Positions 1 through 11,263 are shown, numbered from the stretch's first letter. The stretch is 64,000 nt of DNA from a virus (IMGVR_UViG_3300021399_003033:9619-73618), one strand, 5' to 3'. The notes: generated by a model not told the origin, from the letters alone. Translations and numbers: made by a program.

Positions 1-219
1 GAGGCTTATTGGGAAGGATATTATAATGGAATTAAAAGTGGAAAAACTTGGACTATAAATACACCATTTACAACAACACCATATTATACATGGTCTACTA
101 CAACAAATGATTCTTCTTCATTAACTATTGGAGCAGATACTCAAATAACATCTGATTCAATAACAATAAATGCTACAAACCCATATGCAAATATTTGTTT
201 AGGAGATGATTGTAAATAA
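1..219 (+). CDS. hypothetical protein, 5'-partial (Thr-rich)
   Basis: Open frame from position 1 (EAYWEGYYNGIKSGKTW...CLGDDCK) to TAA 217-219, followed 2 nt later by the next ATG. Confidence 0.6.
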   Translation, partial: EAYWEGYYNGIKSGKTWTINTPFTTTPYYTWSTTTNDSSSLTIGADTQITSDSITINATNPYANICLGDDCK

Positions 220-221
220 TT

Positions 222-389
222 ATGAAAAAAATTGAAATTACTTTTAAAGATGGTGGATTAAGAACTTGGGATTCTGAAGATTATACAGATTATATTTTTC
301 AAAAGCCAAATTTTTTTATTGTAATTAATGGTAGTTAGTGGGTTGGTATTTATAATCTTGATGAAATAAAGGAAATTATTGTAAAATGA
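222..389 (+). CDS. small hypothetical protein (55 aa, 1 in-frame TAG)
   Basis: MKKIEITFKDGG...NGS(TAG)WVGIYNLDEIKEIIVK-TGA. The TGA overlaps the next start (ATGA), and the frame fills the gap exactly only with TAG read-through. Confidence 0.7.
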
Positions 390-1270
390 AATTTGAAAAT
401 ACAAGAGTATATAATTTTGAAAATTCTTTTCGAGGAATGAGAAATCCAAAAAATAGCTGGGATTTAAGTGATAGTTATTTTAATATTACTGATAATGAAG
501 ATGGAGAAATTCTTAAAGTCGCTAATGCTTGGATTCAACAAGATCACCCTGATTGGAATGGACATAATGAAGAACATAAAAAATTTGTTGAATTACAAGA
601 TGAATATCTTAATTGGCTAATTACAAATGGTATTTTAAAAGAATCTAAAGACAAAGAATCTAAAGACCATGATTATAAAGAAGTTGCTTATATTGGACCT
701 AAAGATATGCATTTAGCTTAGCTTTTAATTCGTTCTGGTCCAGAACATCGCAAATTTCTTCGTCAAATTTTTGTTTCTGTGGATATAACTGCTCCACTCT
801 ATTGGTGGAAAGAAGCTGACACCTACAAGGTCGGAACAGTCGCGAACAGTACTTCTACAATGCATAAGCTTGCATCATATCCTATTACAGAAGAATGTTT
901 TGAAATGGGAGATTATAATGGTGATTTAAAACCATATGAAGGTAATCCTATATGCTTAGATACTACTGTTAAAACTATTTGGAATAATCTTATAATTGAT
1001 TGTGAAAATCTTCGCAGATGTTATAATGAAACGAAAGATATTCGCTATTGGAAAGAATTAGTACGACTTCTTCCAGAAAGTTGGCTACAAACTCGTACTA
1101 TAACAATGAATTATGAAAATCTTCTTGCAATATGTTCTAAAGGACAAAGAAGAAATCATAAATTAATTGAGTGGAGAGAAGATTTTATTAATTGGGCAAG
1201 GACTTTACCGTATGCAAACCAGTTAATTTTTATAGATGAACAAACTTCCCAAGATTTTACATTAAGTTGA
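386..1270 (+). CDS. thyX: ThyX-like (flavin-dependent thymidylate synthase fold) protein, 294 aa, TAG at 719-721
   Basis: Track ORFs 386..721 and 779..1270 are in one frame, joined by LA(TAG)LLIRSGPEHRKFLRQIFVSVDITAPLYWWKE. The H..FLRQI.V.V.I.AP.YWW.E and RT..MNYENL segments match the phage ThyX-like family. The canonical RHRxxSxxxxSxR motif is divergent. Confidence 0.7.
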
Positions 1271-1295
1271 TTTTTTAATAAAAAAATGATATAAT
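1267..1295 (+). promoter_or_regulatory. sigma70/sigmaA promoter TTGATT-N17-TATAAT with extended -10 TG
   Basis: TTGATT 1267-1272, TG 1287-1288, TATAAT 1290-1295, upstream of ATG 1333. Confidence 0.8.
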
Positions 1296-1332
1296 ATATT
1301 TATAAAGTTAAGAAATAAAAAAGGAAAAAATT

Positions 1333-1698
1333 ATGACTAAGAAAGAAAAATTTATTGAATTAGTAGAAACAGGATTTAAAGCGATTAATATTGATTTAAA
1401 TGATCCAGATCAAGCAGATGCAATGGCTTATTGGGAAGCTTTTAAGGGGAAAAAAGAAATTGAAAAGCCCGAATTTACCGATAATGGTAAGTTGATTCTG
1501 AAATATCTTCAGGATCATGCTACTGATATTCCAATGGCAAAAGCAAAGGACATTGGAGAAGGATTGTTTGTTTCTTCAAGAGTTGTATCTGGAGCAATTA
1601 GAAAACTTGTAACAGATGGTTATGTGGAGAAGATTGGACAGGATCCAGTAGTATATGCAATTACAGAAAAAGGTAAAGAAGTAAAATTTGAAAATTAA
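1333..1698 (+). CDS. winged helix-turn-helix DNA-binding protein (121 aa, TAG-free)
   Basis: C-terminal wHTH pattern AKDIGEGLFVSSRVVSGAIRKLVTDGYVEKIGQDPVVYAITEKG; AAGG RBS. Confidence 0.75.
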   Translation: MTKKEKFIELVETGFKAINIDLNDPDQADAMAYWEAFKGKKEIEKPEFTDNGKLILKYLQDHATDIPMAKAKDIGEGLFVSSRVVSGAIRKLVTDGYVEKIGQDPVVYAITEKGKEVKFEN

Positions 1699-1712
1699 GG
1701 AGAAAAAATAAT

Positions 1713-2672
1713 ATGAAAAAGACAATTAATAGAACACATGTATCTGGTCTTCTTTATGAACATGATTTACAGTTAAGAACAACAGGACCGAATTCAAAAA
1801 AGCCAGGAACTACTTTTATTATGGGTACAGTTAGTATTCTTACTGATCCAGAAGGAGCAGCAACAAATGTAGTTCCGGTTCATTTTACATATGTAACTGA
1901 AACAACTGCAAGCGGCGCAGCTAATAATACTTTTAAGATTCTTAATGATATTATTGGTGGCAAGTATATGAGTGTAACTGAAAATGGTGTTGATAAGGCA
2001 TCTAAGTTTAGAATTGATTCCGCAATTGGTCTGAATGAATTTTTCTCAAATCGTAATGGACAGGAAGAGCTTGTTAGTGCGAAAAGAAATGAAGGTGGAT
2101 TTATTCACGCAAGTAATGATCTTGAAGAAGATGTTAATACAAGAAACACTTTTGAAGTAGATATGCTTATTACAAGTGTAATTCGCCAGGAGGAGAATCT
2201 TGAGCGTAATATTCCTGAAAGAGTTGTAATTAAGGGAGCTATTTTTGATTTTAGAAATGCTCTTCTTCCGACAGAATTTATTGCAACAAATCCAAATGCA
2301 ATGGATTATTTTGAGAATCTTGGAGCATCAACTAAGGAACCAGTATTTACTCGAATTAGAGGTCGTCAGATTTCTTCAACAACTGTTAGAAAGATTGAAG
2401 AGGAATCTGCTTTTGGTGAGACTTATGTAAGAGAAGTCCAGAATACCAGAAGAGAGTGGGTAGTAACTTGGGCACAGGGTGAGCCTTATCTTTTTGATGA
2501 TGAGAGTACAATTACTGTAAAGGAACTTACTGATGCAATGGCTCAGAGAGAGATTACTGTAGCTGGCATTAAGCAGAGACAGGATGAGTATAATGCATCC
2601 AGAGCTAATGCTGCTGCAAAGCCTGCGGCCGCAGCTAATACGATGGCAAAAGTTGGAGATTTTAATTTCTAA
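1713..2672 (+). CDS. ssb: putative phage single-stranded DNA-binding protein (319 aa, TAG-free)
   Basis: Two OB-fold-like beta-rich halves and a flexible Ala-rich tail ending DFNF; next to a recombinase-like ATPase in a replication cluster; AAGGAG RBS. Confidence 0.6.
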   Translation: MKKTINRTHVSGLLYEHDLQLRTTGPNSKKPGTTFIMGTVSILTDPEGAATNVVPVHFTYVTETTASGAANNTFKILNDIIGGKYMSVTENGVDKASKFRIDSAIGLNEFFSNRNGQEELVSAKRNEGGFIHASNDLEEDVNTRNTFEVDMLITSVIRQEENLERNIPERVVIKGAIFDFRNALLPTEFIATNPNAMDYFENLGASTKEPVFTRIRGRQISSTTVRKIEEESAFGETYVREVQNTRREWVVTWAQGEPYLFDDESTITVKELTDAMAQREITVAGIKQRQDEYNASRANAAAKPAAAANTMAKVGDFNF

Positions 2673-2693
2673 TTAAAAATATAATATATAAAT

Positions 2694-2721
2694 AGAGTAG
2701 ATAATTTATTATCTACTCTTT
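2694..2721 (+). terminator. putative intrinsic terminator hairpin after ssb
   Basis: AGAGTAGATAAT-TT-ATTATCTACTCT inverted repeat followed by TT. Confidence 0.55.
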
Positions 2722-2797
2722 ACCATAAATATTAAAAAATAAAAAAGACTCGTGAAAGTAAGGATAAGGGTCTGTAAAGAAAGTGAGAAAATAAGAT

Positions 2798-3796
2798 ATG
2801 GCTATTGATTTATTAGGTATTCAGCCACACAAAGTAAGTAGAGATTTAAGTGGATATATTACATATATTTATGGTGCGCCCAAGACTGGTAAAACAACTT
2901 TGGCGACATAGATGCCAAATGCATTGCTTCTTGCATTTGAGAGAGGATATAATGCATTACCTGGAGTAATGGCTTAGGATATTACCACTTGGGGTGAAAT
3001 GAAACAGGTTTATAGAGAACTTAAAAAGCCTGCAGTAAAAAATGTTTATAAGAGTATTATTGTTGATACTGTTGATGAAGCTTCTGAGATGTGTCAGAAA
3101 TATATTTGTCAGCAGAAAGGCATTGAATCTCTTGGAGATCTTGGATATGGAAAAGGATGGGGTGCTTTTAATACTGAATTTGCAGAGGTATTTAGAGGAC
3201 TAACCCAGATGGGATATGCTGTATTTTTTATCGGACATGATAAAGAAGTTAATATTACTAACAATGATGGTAATGTTGAAAGAGTTGTAATTAGACCTCG
3301 TCTTAGTGGTAAAGCAAGCGTTATTATTAGTGGTATGGCAGATATTTATGGATATGCTCATCAGAAGAATAAAGGAGAAATGTCTGTTCTTACTCTTCGT
3401 TGCGGAGATGATTCTATTGAATGCGGCGGTCGCTTTAAGTATATTAAGAGCGAGTTTCCAATGAGTTATGAAAATCTTGTTAATGCAGTATCTGAAGCCA
3501 TTGATAAAGAAGCAGCAGAGTATGGCAATGAATATGTAACAGATGAAAAAGAAACTATTACTCAGAAGCCAGTTTATGATTTTGATGAATTGATGTCTGA
3601 ATTCCAGGGGCTTGCTGGAGATATTATGACAGCAGATGCATCTAATTCAACTAAGATCACTGCAATTATTGAAAAATATCTTGGTAAGAAAAAGAAGATT
3701 GCTGAAGCAACCCCAGAACAGGTTGAAATGGTTTATCTCATTGTACAAGATTTAAGAGATCTAAGGGACAAAACGATGGATATTAATAATATTTAA
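2798..3796 (+). CDS. AAA/RecA-like ATPase (Sak4/AAA_24 type), 332 aa, TAGs at 2909 and 2975
   Basis: ATG 2798 is in frame with track ORF 2999. Walker A GAPKTGKT lies upstream of two TAGs and Walker B-like IIVDTVD downstream, so the full NTPase needs read-through. Confidence 0.85.
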
Positions 3797-3803
3797 TTAT
3801 ATA

Positions 3804-3843
3804 AAAAGCATTTTTTAAAGAGTTTTCTTTAAAAAATGCTTTT
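3804..3843 (+). terminator. inverted repeat, putative terminator
   Basis: AAAAGCATTTTTTAAAGA-GTTT-TCTTTAAAAAATGCTTTT directly after the ATPase stop. Confidence 0.55.
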
Positions 3844-3844
3844 A

Positions 3845-3933
3845 TTGATTTTATACAAAAATTTTGATATAATATTAATATAAATTATAAAAAATTAACA
3901 AAATTTGACAAAAAAATAATTTTATGATATAAT
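3845..3933 (+). promoter_or_regulatory. tandem sigmaA promoters, 60 bp apart
   Basis: TTGATT 3845-3850/TATAAT 3868-3873 and TTGACA 3905-3910/TATAAT 3928-3933; both have 17-nt spacers and an extended TG. Confidence 0.85.
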
Positions 3934-3970
3934 AATAATGAAATATTAACCAAAAAGAGGTTAAATCATT

Positions 3971-4495
3971 ATGGCTCATAGAGTAAAATGTTATTATTGT
4001 CAACAATTTTTTGATAGAGATAAAGAACCTACTGTTCAAGTTATGAGTAGAAGATATGCTCATAAATTATGTGCAGAAAAGGCTAAAACTCATGTTGAAG
4101 AAGTGTTAGATGATAAAGGACAATTAGAACAATATATTATGAAATTGTTTGGGGATGATTATGTTACGCCCCGAATAAGAAAACAAATAAATGAATATGT
4201 AGATACTTATAATTTTACATATTCGGGAATATTAAAAGCATTAAAATATTTTTATGAAATAAAAGGTAATAATACAGAAAAATCTAATAATGGAATAGGT
4301 ATTGTTCCATATATTTATAAAGATGCTTTTAATTATTATTATCAAATATGGTTAGCTCAACAAAAAAATCAAGATTTTAAAATTGAAGAGTATCATCCAG
4401 AAGAGATAGTAATAAAAATTCCGCGGCCAGAAAGACCAATAAAAAAACGTCAATTATTTACTTTTTTGGATGAGGGGGATGATACGATAGAATGA
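3971..4495 (+). CDS. Zn-finger protein (CxxC...HxxC), possible helicase loader/replication protein (174 aa, TAG-free)
   Basis: VKCYYCQQFF...RYAHKLCAE; overlaps the DnaB start (ATGA). The loader role is inferred from position only. Confidence 0.6.
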   Translation: MAHRVKCYYCQQFFDRDKEPTVQVMSRRYAHKLCAEKAKTHVEEVLDDKGQLEQYIMKLFGDDYVTPRIRKQINEYVDTYNFTYSGILKALKYFYEIKGNNTEKSNNGIGIVPYIYKDAFNYYYQIWLAQQKNQDFKIEEYHPEEIVIKIPRPERPIKKRQLFTFLDEGDDTIE

Positions 4496-6036
4496 GTTCA
4501 AAATATGTGGACAATACAGCTATCATACAAGTAATTGGCGCAATCTATAATAATCCGAAACTACTTGATTTAACAGATAAATATATTATTACAGACCAAG
4601 ATTTTGACAATCAATTTCATAGAATAGTATTTGGAGCAATTTATAAAATTCACGAATTAGGTGCAGAGAAAATAACAATTGAAAATATTTCAGATTTTTT
4701 ATCAGATCGCCCAAAGTATGAAGCTATTTATAAAAGTAATAAAGGAAATGAGTGGATTTTAAAAATTGCTGAAAATTGTACTCCATTATCTTTTGATTAT
4801 TATTATGGAAGATTAAAGAAAATGTCTTTACTTCGAGCATATGATAATTATGGAGTTAATGTTTCTGATATTTATGATCCTGATAATATTTTGGATGTAA
4901 AAAAGAAACAAAAGCAAGAAGAGTGGTTAGATAACGCAAATCTTGATGATATTGCAAATTTAGTAGATGCAAAAATAGATAATATTAGAATGCAATATGT
5001 TGATGATTCTTTTGGAGAATCTATTCCGGCAGGCACTAATATTAAAGGGTTAATTGATAAATTTAAAGAACATCCAGAAGTTGGAGTTCCTATGTATGGG
5101 CCTCTAATTAATACTGTTACTCGTGGAGCAAGATTGAAAAAGTTTTATTTGCGGTCAGCGCCTACTGGTGTAGGTAAGACTCGTTCAATGATTGCAGATG
5201 CTTGTTATATTGGATGTAATAAAATTTATGATGAAACTTTTGGATGGATTAAAAATGGTGTTGCAGAACCAGTTTTATATATTACAACAGAACAAGAACT
5301 TGAAGAAATTCAAACAATGATGCTTGCTTTTTTATCTGCTGTAAATGAGGAACATATTATTAATGGAAAATATGAAGGTGATGAAGAAGAAAGAGTTTTA
5401 AAAGCTGCTGAAATTCTTGAACAAAGTCCTATTTATATTGAGGAATTACCAGATTTTTCATTAAAAGATGTTGAAGATAGAATTAAGAAAAATGTCAGAG
5501 AAAAAAATGTAAAATACATATGTCATGATTATATTCATACAAGTTTAAAAATTCTTGAAGAAATTACAAGACGTTCTGGCGGAGTTAAACTTCGTGAAGA
5601 TAATATTTTGTTTATGTTGTCAACAAAATTAAAAGACATATGTAATCAATATGGAGTATTTATTCTTTCTAGTACTCAGCTGAATGGAGACTGGAAGGAC
5701 GCAAAAATTCCAGATCAAAATTTACTTCGTGGTGCTAAGGCTATTGCAGATAAAATTGATTTAGGCGGAATTTTATTACCTGTAACAACTGATGATATAA
5801 AAGCATTAGAACCAATTTTAAATTCTAATATTTTTGCAAAGCCAACAATTAAATTGTCTATTTATAAAAATAGACGAGGTAGATATAAAGGTGTAATTTT
5901 ATGGTGTAAAGCAGATTTAGGTTGTTGTAGAATTCAGCCTATGTTTGCAACAACATATGATTATGAAATGATAGAAATTAATAATACTAAAATAATGGTT
6001 GAAGAAGGAGCATTTTATAATGGAGAATAGAAATAA
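4492..6036 (+). CDS. dnaB: DnaB-like replicative helicase, 514 aa (only TAG is the penultimate codon)
   Basis: Walker A RSAPTGVGKTR, YITTEQ, DYIH, LSSTQLN, LRGAKAIADKID and KNRRG motifs; ends GAA TAG AAA TAA. Confidence 0.9.
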
Positions 6037-6331
6037 TTTTATTAAAAATAGTGTAAAAAAGAACCTTGAAAAGAAGAATCAGAAGAGAAAGAAATCTTTT
6101 GTAAAAAGTCTTGATTTTGTAAAAGTAGAAAATGCAAAGTATTGGTATCCAGATGATCCTTATCTTGGAAAAAGATTTATTGAATATAAAATGCCAAAAG
6201 AAATTATTTTAGATCTTTTAAATAATAGAAATGATCTTGATAAAAATGTTGATTTTCAGAAATTTTTATGTGATTATGTAAATAATGAATATGGTCTTAA
6301 TGGATATTGTATTAGAGTAATAGAGGGATAA
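6020..6331 (+). CDS. hypothetical protein (103 aa)
   Basis: AAGGAG RBS at 6005-6010, ATG 6020, TAA 6329-6331. Confidence 0.7.
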   Translation: MENRNNFIKNSVKKNLEKKNQKRKKSFVKSLDFVKVENAKYWYPDDPYLGKRFIEYKMPKEIILDLLNNRNDLDKNVDFQKFLCDYVNNEYGLNGYCIRVIEG

Positions 6332-6332
6332 A

Positions 6333-7436
6333 ATGATTGATTATAATAAGGTAAAAATAAAAGAAGCGTTAAATCTTGAAGATATTTTTACCTTATTGAC
6401 AGAATTTGGTGGAGAGCCAGAATATACAAATTTTGGTATTATCTCCACCACAATTTGTCATAATCCTCCAGGAGTAGGAAGTAGAAAATTATATTATTAT
6501 ATAAATAGTACAATGTTTACTTGTTATACTGGATGTAATGGTAGTTTTGATATTTTTGAATTAGTTTGTAAAGTTGCGAAAATTCAATGGCAAGAAGAGT
6601 ATGATTTAAATGCGGCGGTCCGTTGGGTTGCTCGCAGATTCGGAATCTCAGGTGATTCTATAGATGGTACTGATGAAGATGCATTGCCTGATTGGAAAAT
6701 TTTTGCAAATTATGATAAATTAAAAGAAATAAATAAAAACTACAATTTACAAGAACTTCCAGAATATAATAGTAATATATTGTCTATTTTTAATTATAAG
6801 GTAAAAATTGAACCTTGGTTAAAAGAGGGTATTACTCAAGAGGTTATTGAAAAAGCTCAAATTGGATATTATCCTGGAAAAGATTAGATTACGATTCCAC
6901 ATTTTGATCAGGCTGGAAGATTCATTGGACTGCGTGGCCGCACACTTATAAAAGAAGATGCTGAAATTTATGGTAAATATAGACCTATAACAATTAATCA
7001 TAAATTATATAATCATCCTCTTGGATTAAATTTATATAGTTTAAATTGGAGTAAAGAAAATATAAAAGCTATTAAAAAAGTAATTATATTTGAAAGTGAA
7101 AAATCTTGTCTTAAATATGCTTCATATTTTGGATGGGAAAATAATTTAAGTGTAGCTGTTTGTGGTTCTAATTTATCAGTACATCAAATGCAACTTTTAT
7201 TAAATGATAACGTAGAAGAAATTATAATTGCATTTGATAAACAATTTCAAGAATTAAATACAGATGAAAGTAAACTATGGGAAAAAAAATTAACAAATAT
7301 TTATGATAAATATCATAATGATGTTTTAATTACTTTTATGTGGGATAAATGGAATCTATTAGGATACAAAGATTCTCCGATTGACTGTGGGATGGATAAT
7401 TTTTTATATTTATTTAAAAATCGAATAATTATATAA
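6333..7436 (+). CDS. dnaG: DNA primase (Zn-binding + TOPRIM), 367 aa, TAG at 6885-6887
   Basis: Zn-binding CHN...CYTGC, then YPGKD(TAG)ITIPHFD...GLRGR, FESEKS, CGS and IAFDKQ TOPRIM motifs. Track ORFs 6333 and 7188 are in the same frame. Confidence 0.9.
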
Positions 7437-7471
7437 GGAGGCGATTATGATGAAAGGAGGTTGAATTCAAT

Positions 7472-9241
7472 ATGGAATATCAACTTAGAAAATCATTGCT
7501 CCCGCTTGAGTTTAATAGAAATTATAGTGCGGTAGAGCAGATTTTTATGAATAGGGGCATGTCCCCAGAAGAAACTTAGCATTATTTATCAGTATCATAG
7601 CAAGATTTATTAGATCCAGAATTACTTGATCATATGAAAGATGGAGCTAGGATGTTAATAAAACACATTCAAGCTAATGATAAGATTTTTGTTTTAATAG
7701 ATGTTGATTGTGATGGTATGACAAGTAGTGCTGCTTTAATTAATTATCTTAATATGTTATTTCCAGCATATACCTAGTCTCATATAATTTATTATATGAA
7801 TGAGGGAAAAATTCATGGAATTAATGCAGATACTGTTCCAGAAGATGTGAAAATGGTTATTTGTCCTGATTCCAGTAGCAATAGTTATGAAGATCATAAA
7901 AAATTGCGCGAGCGGGGATGTGATGTTCTTGTTCTGGATCATCACCTCGCTGAACGAGAATCCGCAGACGCAATAATTATTAATAATCAAATGTGCGACT
8001 ATCCAAATAAAACACTTTCTGGTGTTGGGATCGTATATAAATTTTGTTCATATTTAGATTCTTTATTAGGAACTGAATATGCTAAGGAAATTTTAGATCT
8101 TACTGCTGTTGGAATTATTGCTGATATGATGGATTTAAGAAATTTTGAAACTCATTATATCATTACTCAAGGACTTTAGCATTTCCGCAATCCATTTTTA
8201 AAAGAGCTTGCAGAACATAATGATTATAGTATTAGTAAAGCTGGGGGATTGCAACCATTCTCGGTAAGCTGGTATATTGCTCCTCAGATTAATGCTATTG
8301 TAAGATCTGGAACTACAGAAGAGCGTATGATTGTTTTTAAATCAATGCTTGAATTTAATTCATATGATTAGGTACTTTCAACAAAGAGAGGATGTAAAGG
8401 ATAGTATGAAGCATTAGTTACCTAGGCAGTCAGAACCTGTGTCAACGTCAAAAATCGTTAGACTAAGATTAGAGATTCTGTTTATACGACGATTGATAAA
8501 ATTATTAAAGACAAAAATTTATTAAATAATAAAATTATTGCGGTTAAATTAGATAAAAATCATGAAATTGATAGAAATCTTGCTGGATTAGTTGCAAATG
8601 AATTTGTTGCAGAATATAATCATCCTGTATTGATTCTTATGGAAAACGATACAGATGAAGGTATTAACTGGGAGGGTTCAGGACGCGGAACTAATACTAC
8701 TGATTTTGATGATTTTAAAGGATTCCTTGATAATAGCGGTTTTATAAACTGGGCAGAGGGACACTCAAATGCAATGGGTGTTTCTATCTCAGATATTAAC
8801 TTTGATAAATTTATTGAATATTCAAATAAAGAACTTGATAAATGTGATTTTAAAAAAGTTTATTTAGTAGATTTAATTTGGGATTTCTTTAAATTTAAAT
8901 CTCAAGATGTTATATCTATTGCTGATTTAAATAAAATATGGGGACAAGGAATTGAAAAACCTCTAATTGCAATAGAAAATATTTAGGTAACAGAAAATAG
9001 TTTAACATTAATGTCTCCAAATAAAACCCCTACTTTAAAAATTAAATTGCCAAATGGAGTAGAATTAATTAAATTTGGTTCTTCGCAAGAAGAATTTGAA
9101 TCATTACTACCTAATCCAGGAGGAAGTACAACTATTAATATTATTGGTACTTGTGATTTAAACGTTTGGAATGGTAATGTAACTGGACAAATTAAAATTA
9201 CAGATTATGAAATTATTGGTAGTAAAAAATATTACTTTTGA
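7472..9241 (+). CDS. recJ: RecJ-like DHH/DHHA1 ssDNA exonuclease, 589 aa, 9 in-frame TAGs
   Basis: AAGGAGG RBS; DVDCDG, PD, LDHH, GIIADMM, APQINA, GSGR and EGHSNAMG motifs in one frame. Four track fragments are joined by TAG read-through. Confidence 0.9.
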
Positions 9242-9243
9242 TT

Positions 9244-9274
9244 AAAAAGGAGGTAAAACTATGCCTCCTTTTTT
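9244..9274 (+). terminator. hairpin after recJ (AAAAAGGAGG/CCTCCTTTTT) with T-tract
   Basis: 10-bp stem 9244-9253/9264-9273 followed by T. The stem also contains an SD and an ATG (see findings). Confidence 0.6.
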
Positions 9275-9351
9275 AGTTCGCACGCCGGTGATGGGTCATG
9301 AGGACCGCCTTCCAAATCAAAAATACTTTTAGAAATTTTTGAAGCAAATAG

Positions 9352-9380
9352 TTGATTTTTTATAAAAAATATAATATAAT
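9352..9380 (+). promoter_or_regulatory. sigmaA promoter TTGATT-N17-TATAAT
   Basis: TTGATT 9352-9357, TATAAT 9375-9380, upstream of ATG 9416. Confidence 0.75.
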
Positions 9381-9415
9381 ATAAATAGAGATATAAATTA
9401 TAAGGAAGAATAAAT

Positions 9416-10600
9416 ATGATTCTTACTACTAAACAAGAACAAGGATTAAAAATAGCTGTTGAAAGACATAAAAATGGGGAAAAATATACGGTAATTTCTG
9501 GTTATGCAGGAACGGGAAAATCAACATTAGTTAGATTTATTATTTCTGCTTTAGATGTTGATGAAGGACGAGTATGTTATACTGCTTTTACTGGAAAAGC
9601 AGCTGAAGTTCTTCGTAAAAAAGGTAATAAAAATGTTAGTACATTACATCGGCTTCTTTATGAATCAATTCCAAGAGAAGCAGGTGGCTTTTTTCGTAGA
9701 ATTAAACCATCTATCCCATATGATATTGTTATTGTTGATGAATGTTCAATGGCTCCAAAAGAATTAATAGATATATTATTAAAACATAAAGTATATATTA
9801 TTTTTCTTGGTGATCCATTTCAGTTACCTCCAATAGATAAAGAGAATGATAATCATTTATTAGATAATCCTCATGTTTTTCTTGATGAAATTATGCGGCA
9901 GGCTCAAGAATCTGAAATTATTAGATTAACTATGAAAATTCGTAATCAAGAGCCACTTTCTTTTGAAAGCAATGATACTGTAAAAATTCTTCATCATAAA
10001 GAATTAACTCAAGGAATGTATAGTTGGGCAGATCAAATTTTAACTGGAACTAATGCTACTAGAGCCAAAATAAATACAGAAATGCGAGCTATGCTAGGAA
10101 AAGGAGCTGAACCAGAAGCAGGAGATAAAGTTATTTGTACTCGTAATTATTGGGAAGATTGTAGTATTTGCGGCGACCCATTAATTAATGGAAGTATTGG
10201 GTATCTTGTAAAACCTAGTAAGTCTAAAATATATTTGCCTTGGTTTTTAAGAAAAGAAAAAGAATATTTTGATGTTATAAAAACAGAAATAGAAATGCCT
10301 GATACTGGAGATATTTATCCTTTATTAAATATTGATTATAATATGCTACAAAAAGAAATTAAATCGGCAGATTGGCGATTAGAATATAAATTAGGAAAAA
10401 TGAAAAAACAATATGGGGATTTACTTCCGAAAGATTTTCTATATGCATATGCAATTACAGTACATAAAGCTCAAGGTAGTGAATGGGATAAAGTTTTAGT
10501 ATATGAAGAAAATTTTCCTTTTAATCGCACAGAACATGCGCGCTGGCTTTATACTGCCGCAACTCGAGCCGCAGATAAATTAGTTATTTTAAGGGAGTAA
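9416..10600 (+). CDS. recD: RecD/Dda-like SF1B helicase (394 aa, TAG-free)
   Basis: GYAGTGKS, TAFTGKAA, VDECSM, GDPFQLPP, YAITVHKAQGSEW and YTAATRA motifs. Confidence 0.85.
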   Translation: MILTTKQEQGLKIAVERHKNGEKYTVISGYAGTGKSTLVRFIISALDVDEGRVCYTAFTGKAAEVLRKKGNKNVSTLHRLLYESIPREAGGFFRRIKPSIPYDIVIVDECSMAPKELIDILLKHKVYIIFLGDPFQLPPIDKENDNHLLDNPHVFLDEIMRQAQESEIIRLTMKIRNQEPLSFESNDTVKILHHKELTQGMYSWADQILTGTNATRAKINTEMRAMLGKGAEPEAGDKVICTRNYWEDCSICGDPLINGSIGYLVKPSKSKIYLPWFLRKEKEYFDVIKTEIEMPDTGDIYPLLNIDYNMLQKEIKSADWRLEYKLGKMKKQYGDLLPKDFLYAYAITVHKAQGSEWDKVLVYEENFPFNRTEHARWLYTAATRAADKLVILRE

Positions 10601-10601
10601 T

Positions 10602-11186
10602 ATGAATATTGTTACTATTGATTTTGATATAATTATGGAACCAAGTATTAATTTATATAATGATAAAATAAATGATCAAAGAACTGTTCTAGATTTATAT
10701 AATGAATTTAATTGGTTACCAAATAGCATACCAGCAAATTTATATTTATATGAATATTTAACAAATTATATATTATGTTGTAAAAAAGCAAATGTTCCTA
10801 TTCATTTTATAGATAGCCATGAAGAAATTATTCAATATATAAAAAATTATAAATTAATAAATTTAATTAATATAGATCATCATCATGATTTAGGATATAT
10901 AGATGAAGATATTCATAATAAAATTAAAAATCTTGATTGTGGAAATTGGGCTAAATATGGATTAGAATAGAATATAATAAAAAATTATATTTGGGTTAAA
11001 GATAAAAATTCTATAAAAAATAAAGAAGATATTAAATATAAATTTGAAAGTTATGAAATAAAAAATTATAATTTGGTAAATTTACATAAAGAAACTGATG
11101 AATTAATTATATGTTCTTCTTTTGAATGGATTCCAGCAATGTATCATCCATTATTTTCTGTATGGCAAGATATTGGTGAAGGTTAA
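10602..11186 (+). CDS. UPF0489-like/arginase-fold hypothetical protein, 194 aa, TAG at 10968
   Basis: TIDFDII, DSHEEI, NIDHHHDLGY and CGNW motifs. The frame continues past TAG (GLE-Q-NIIKNYIWV...SFEWIP) to TAA 11184-11186. Confidence 0.6.
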
Positions 11187-11233
11187 ATGATACCTTCACC
11201 TTATTTGATTTTTATATAAAAATATGATATAAT
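11175..11233 (+). promoter_or_regulatory. hairpin followed by sigmaA promoter for dnaE
   Basis: 9-bp stem GGTGAAGGT/ACCTTCACC 11175-11200; TTGATT 11205-11210, TG, TATAAT 11228-11233. Confidence 0.8.
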
Positions 11234-11263
11234 ATTTATATAAAGAAAAAATATGAGGTAAAT

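Noticed and set aside
9275-9315. tRNA-like fragment (GTTCG...CCA)
   Set aside because: Only about 40 nt with the T-loop-like word at the wrong end; it cannot form a cloverleaf.
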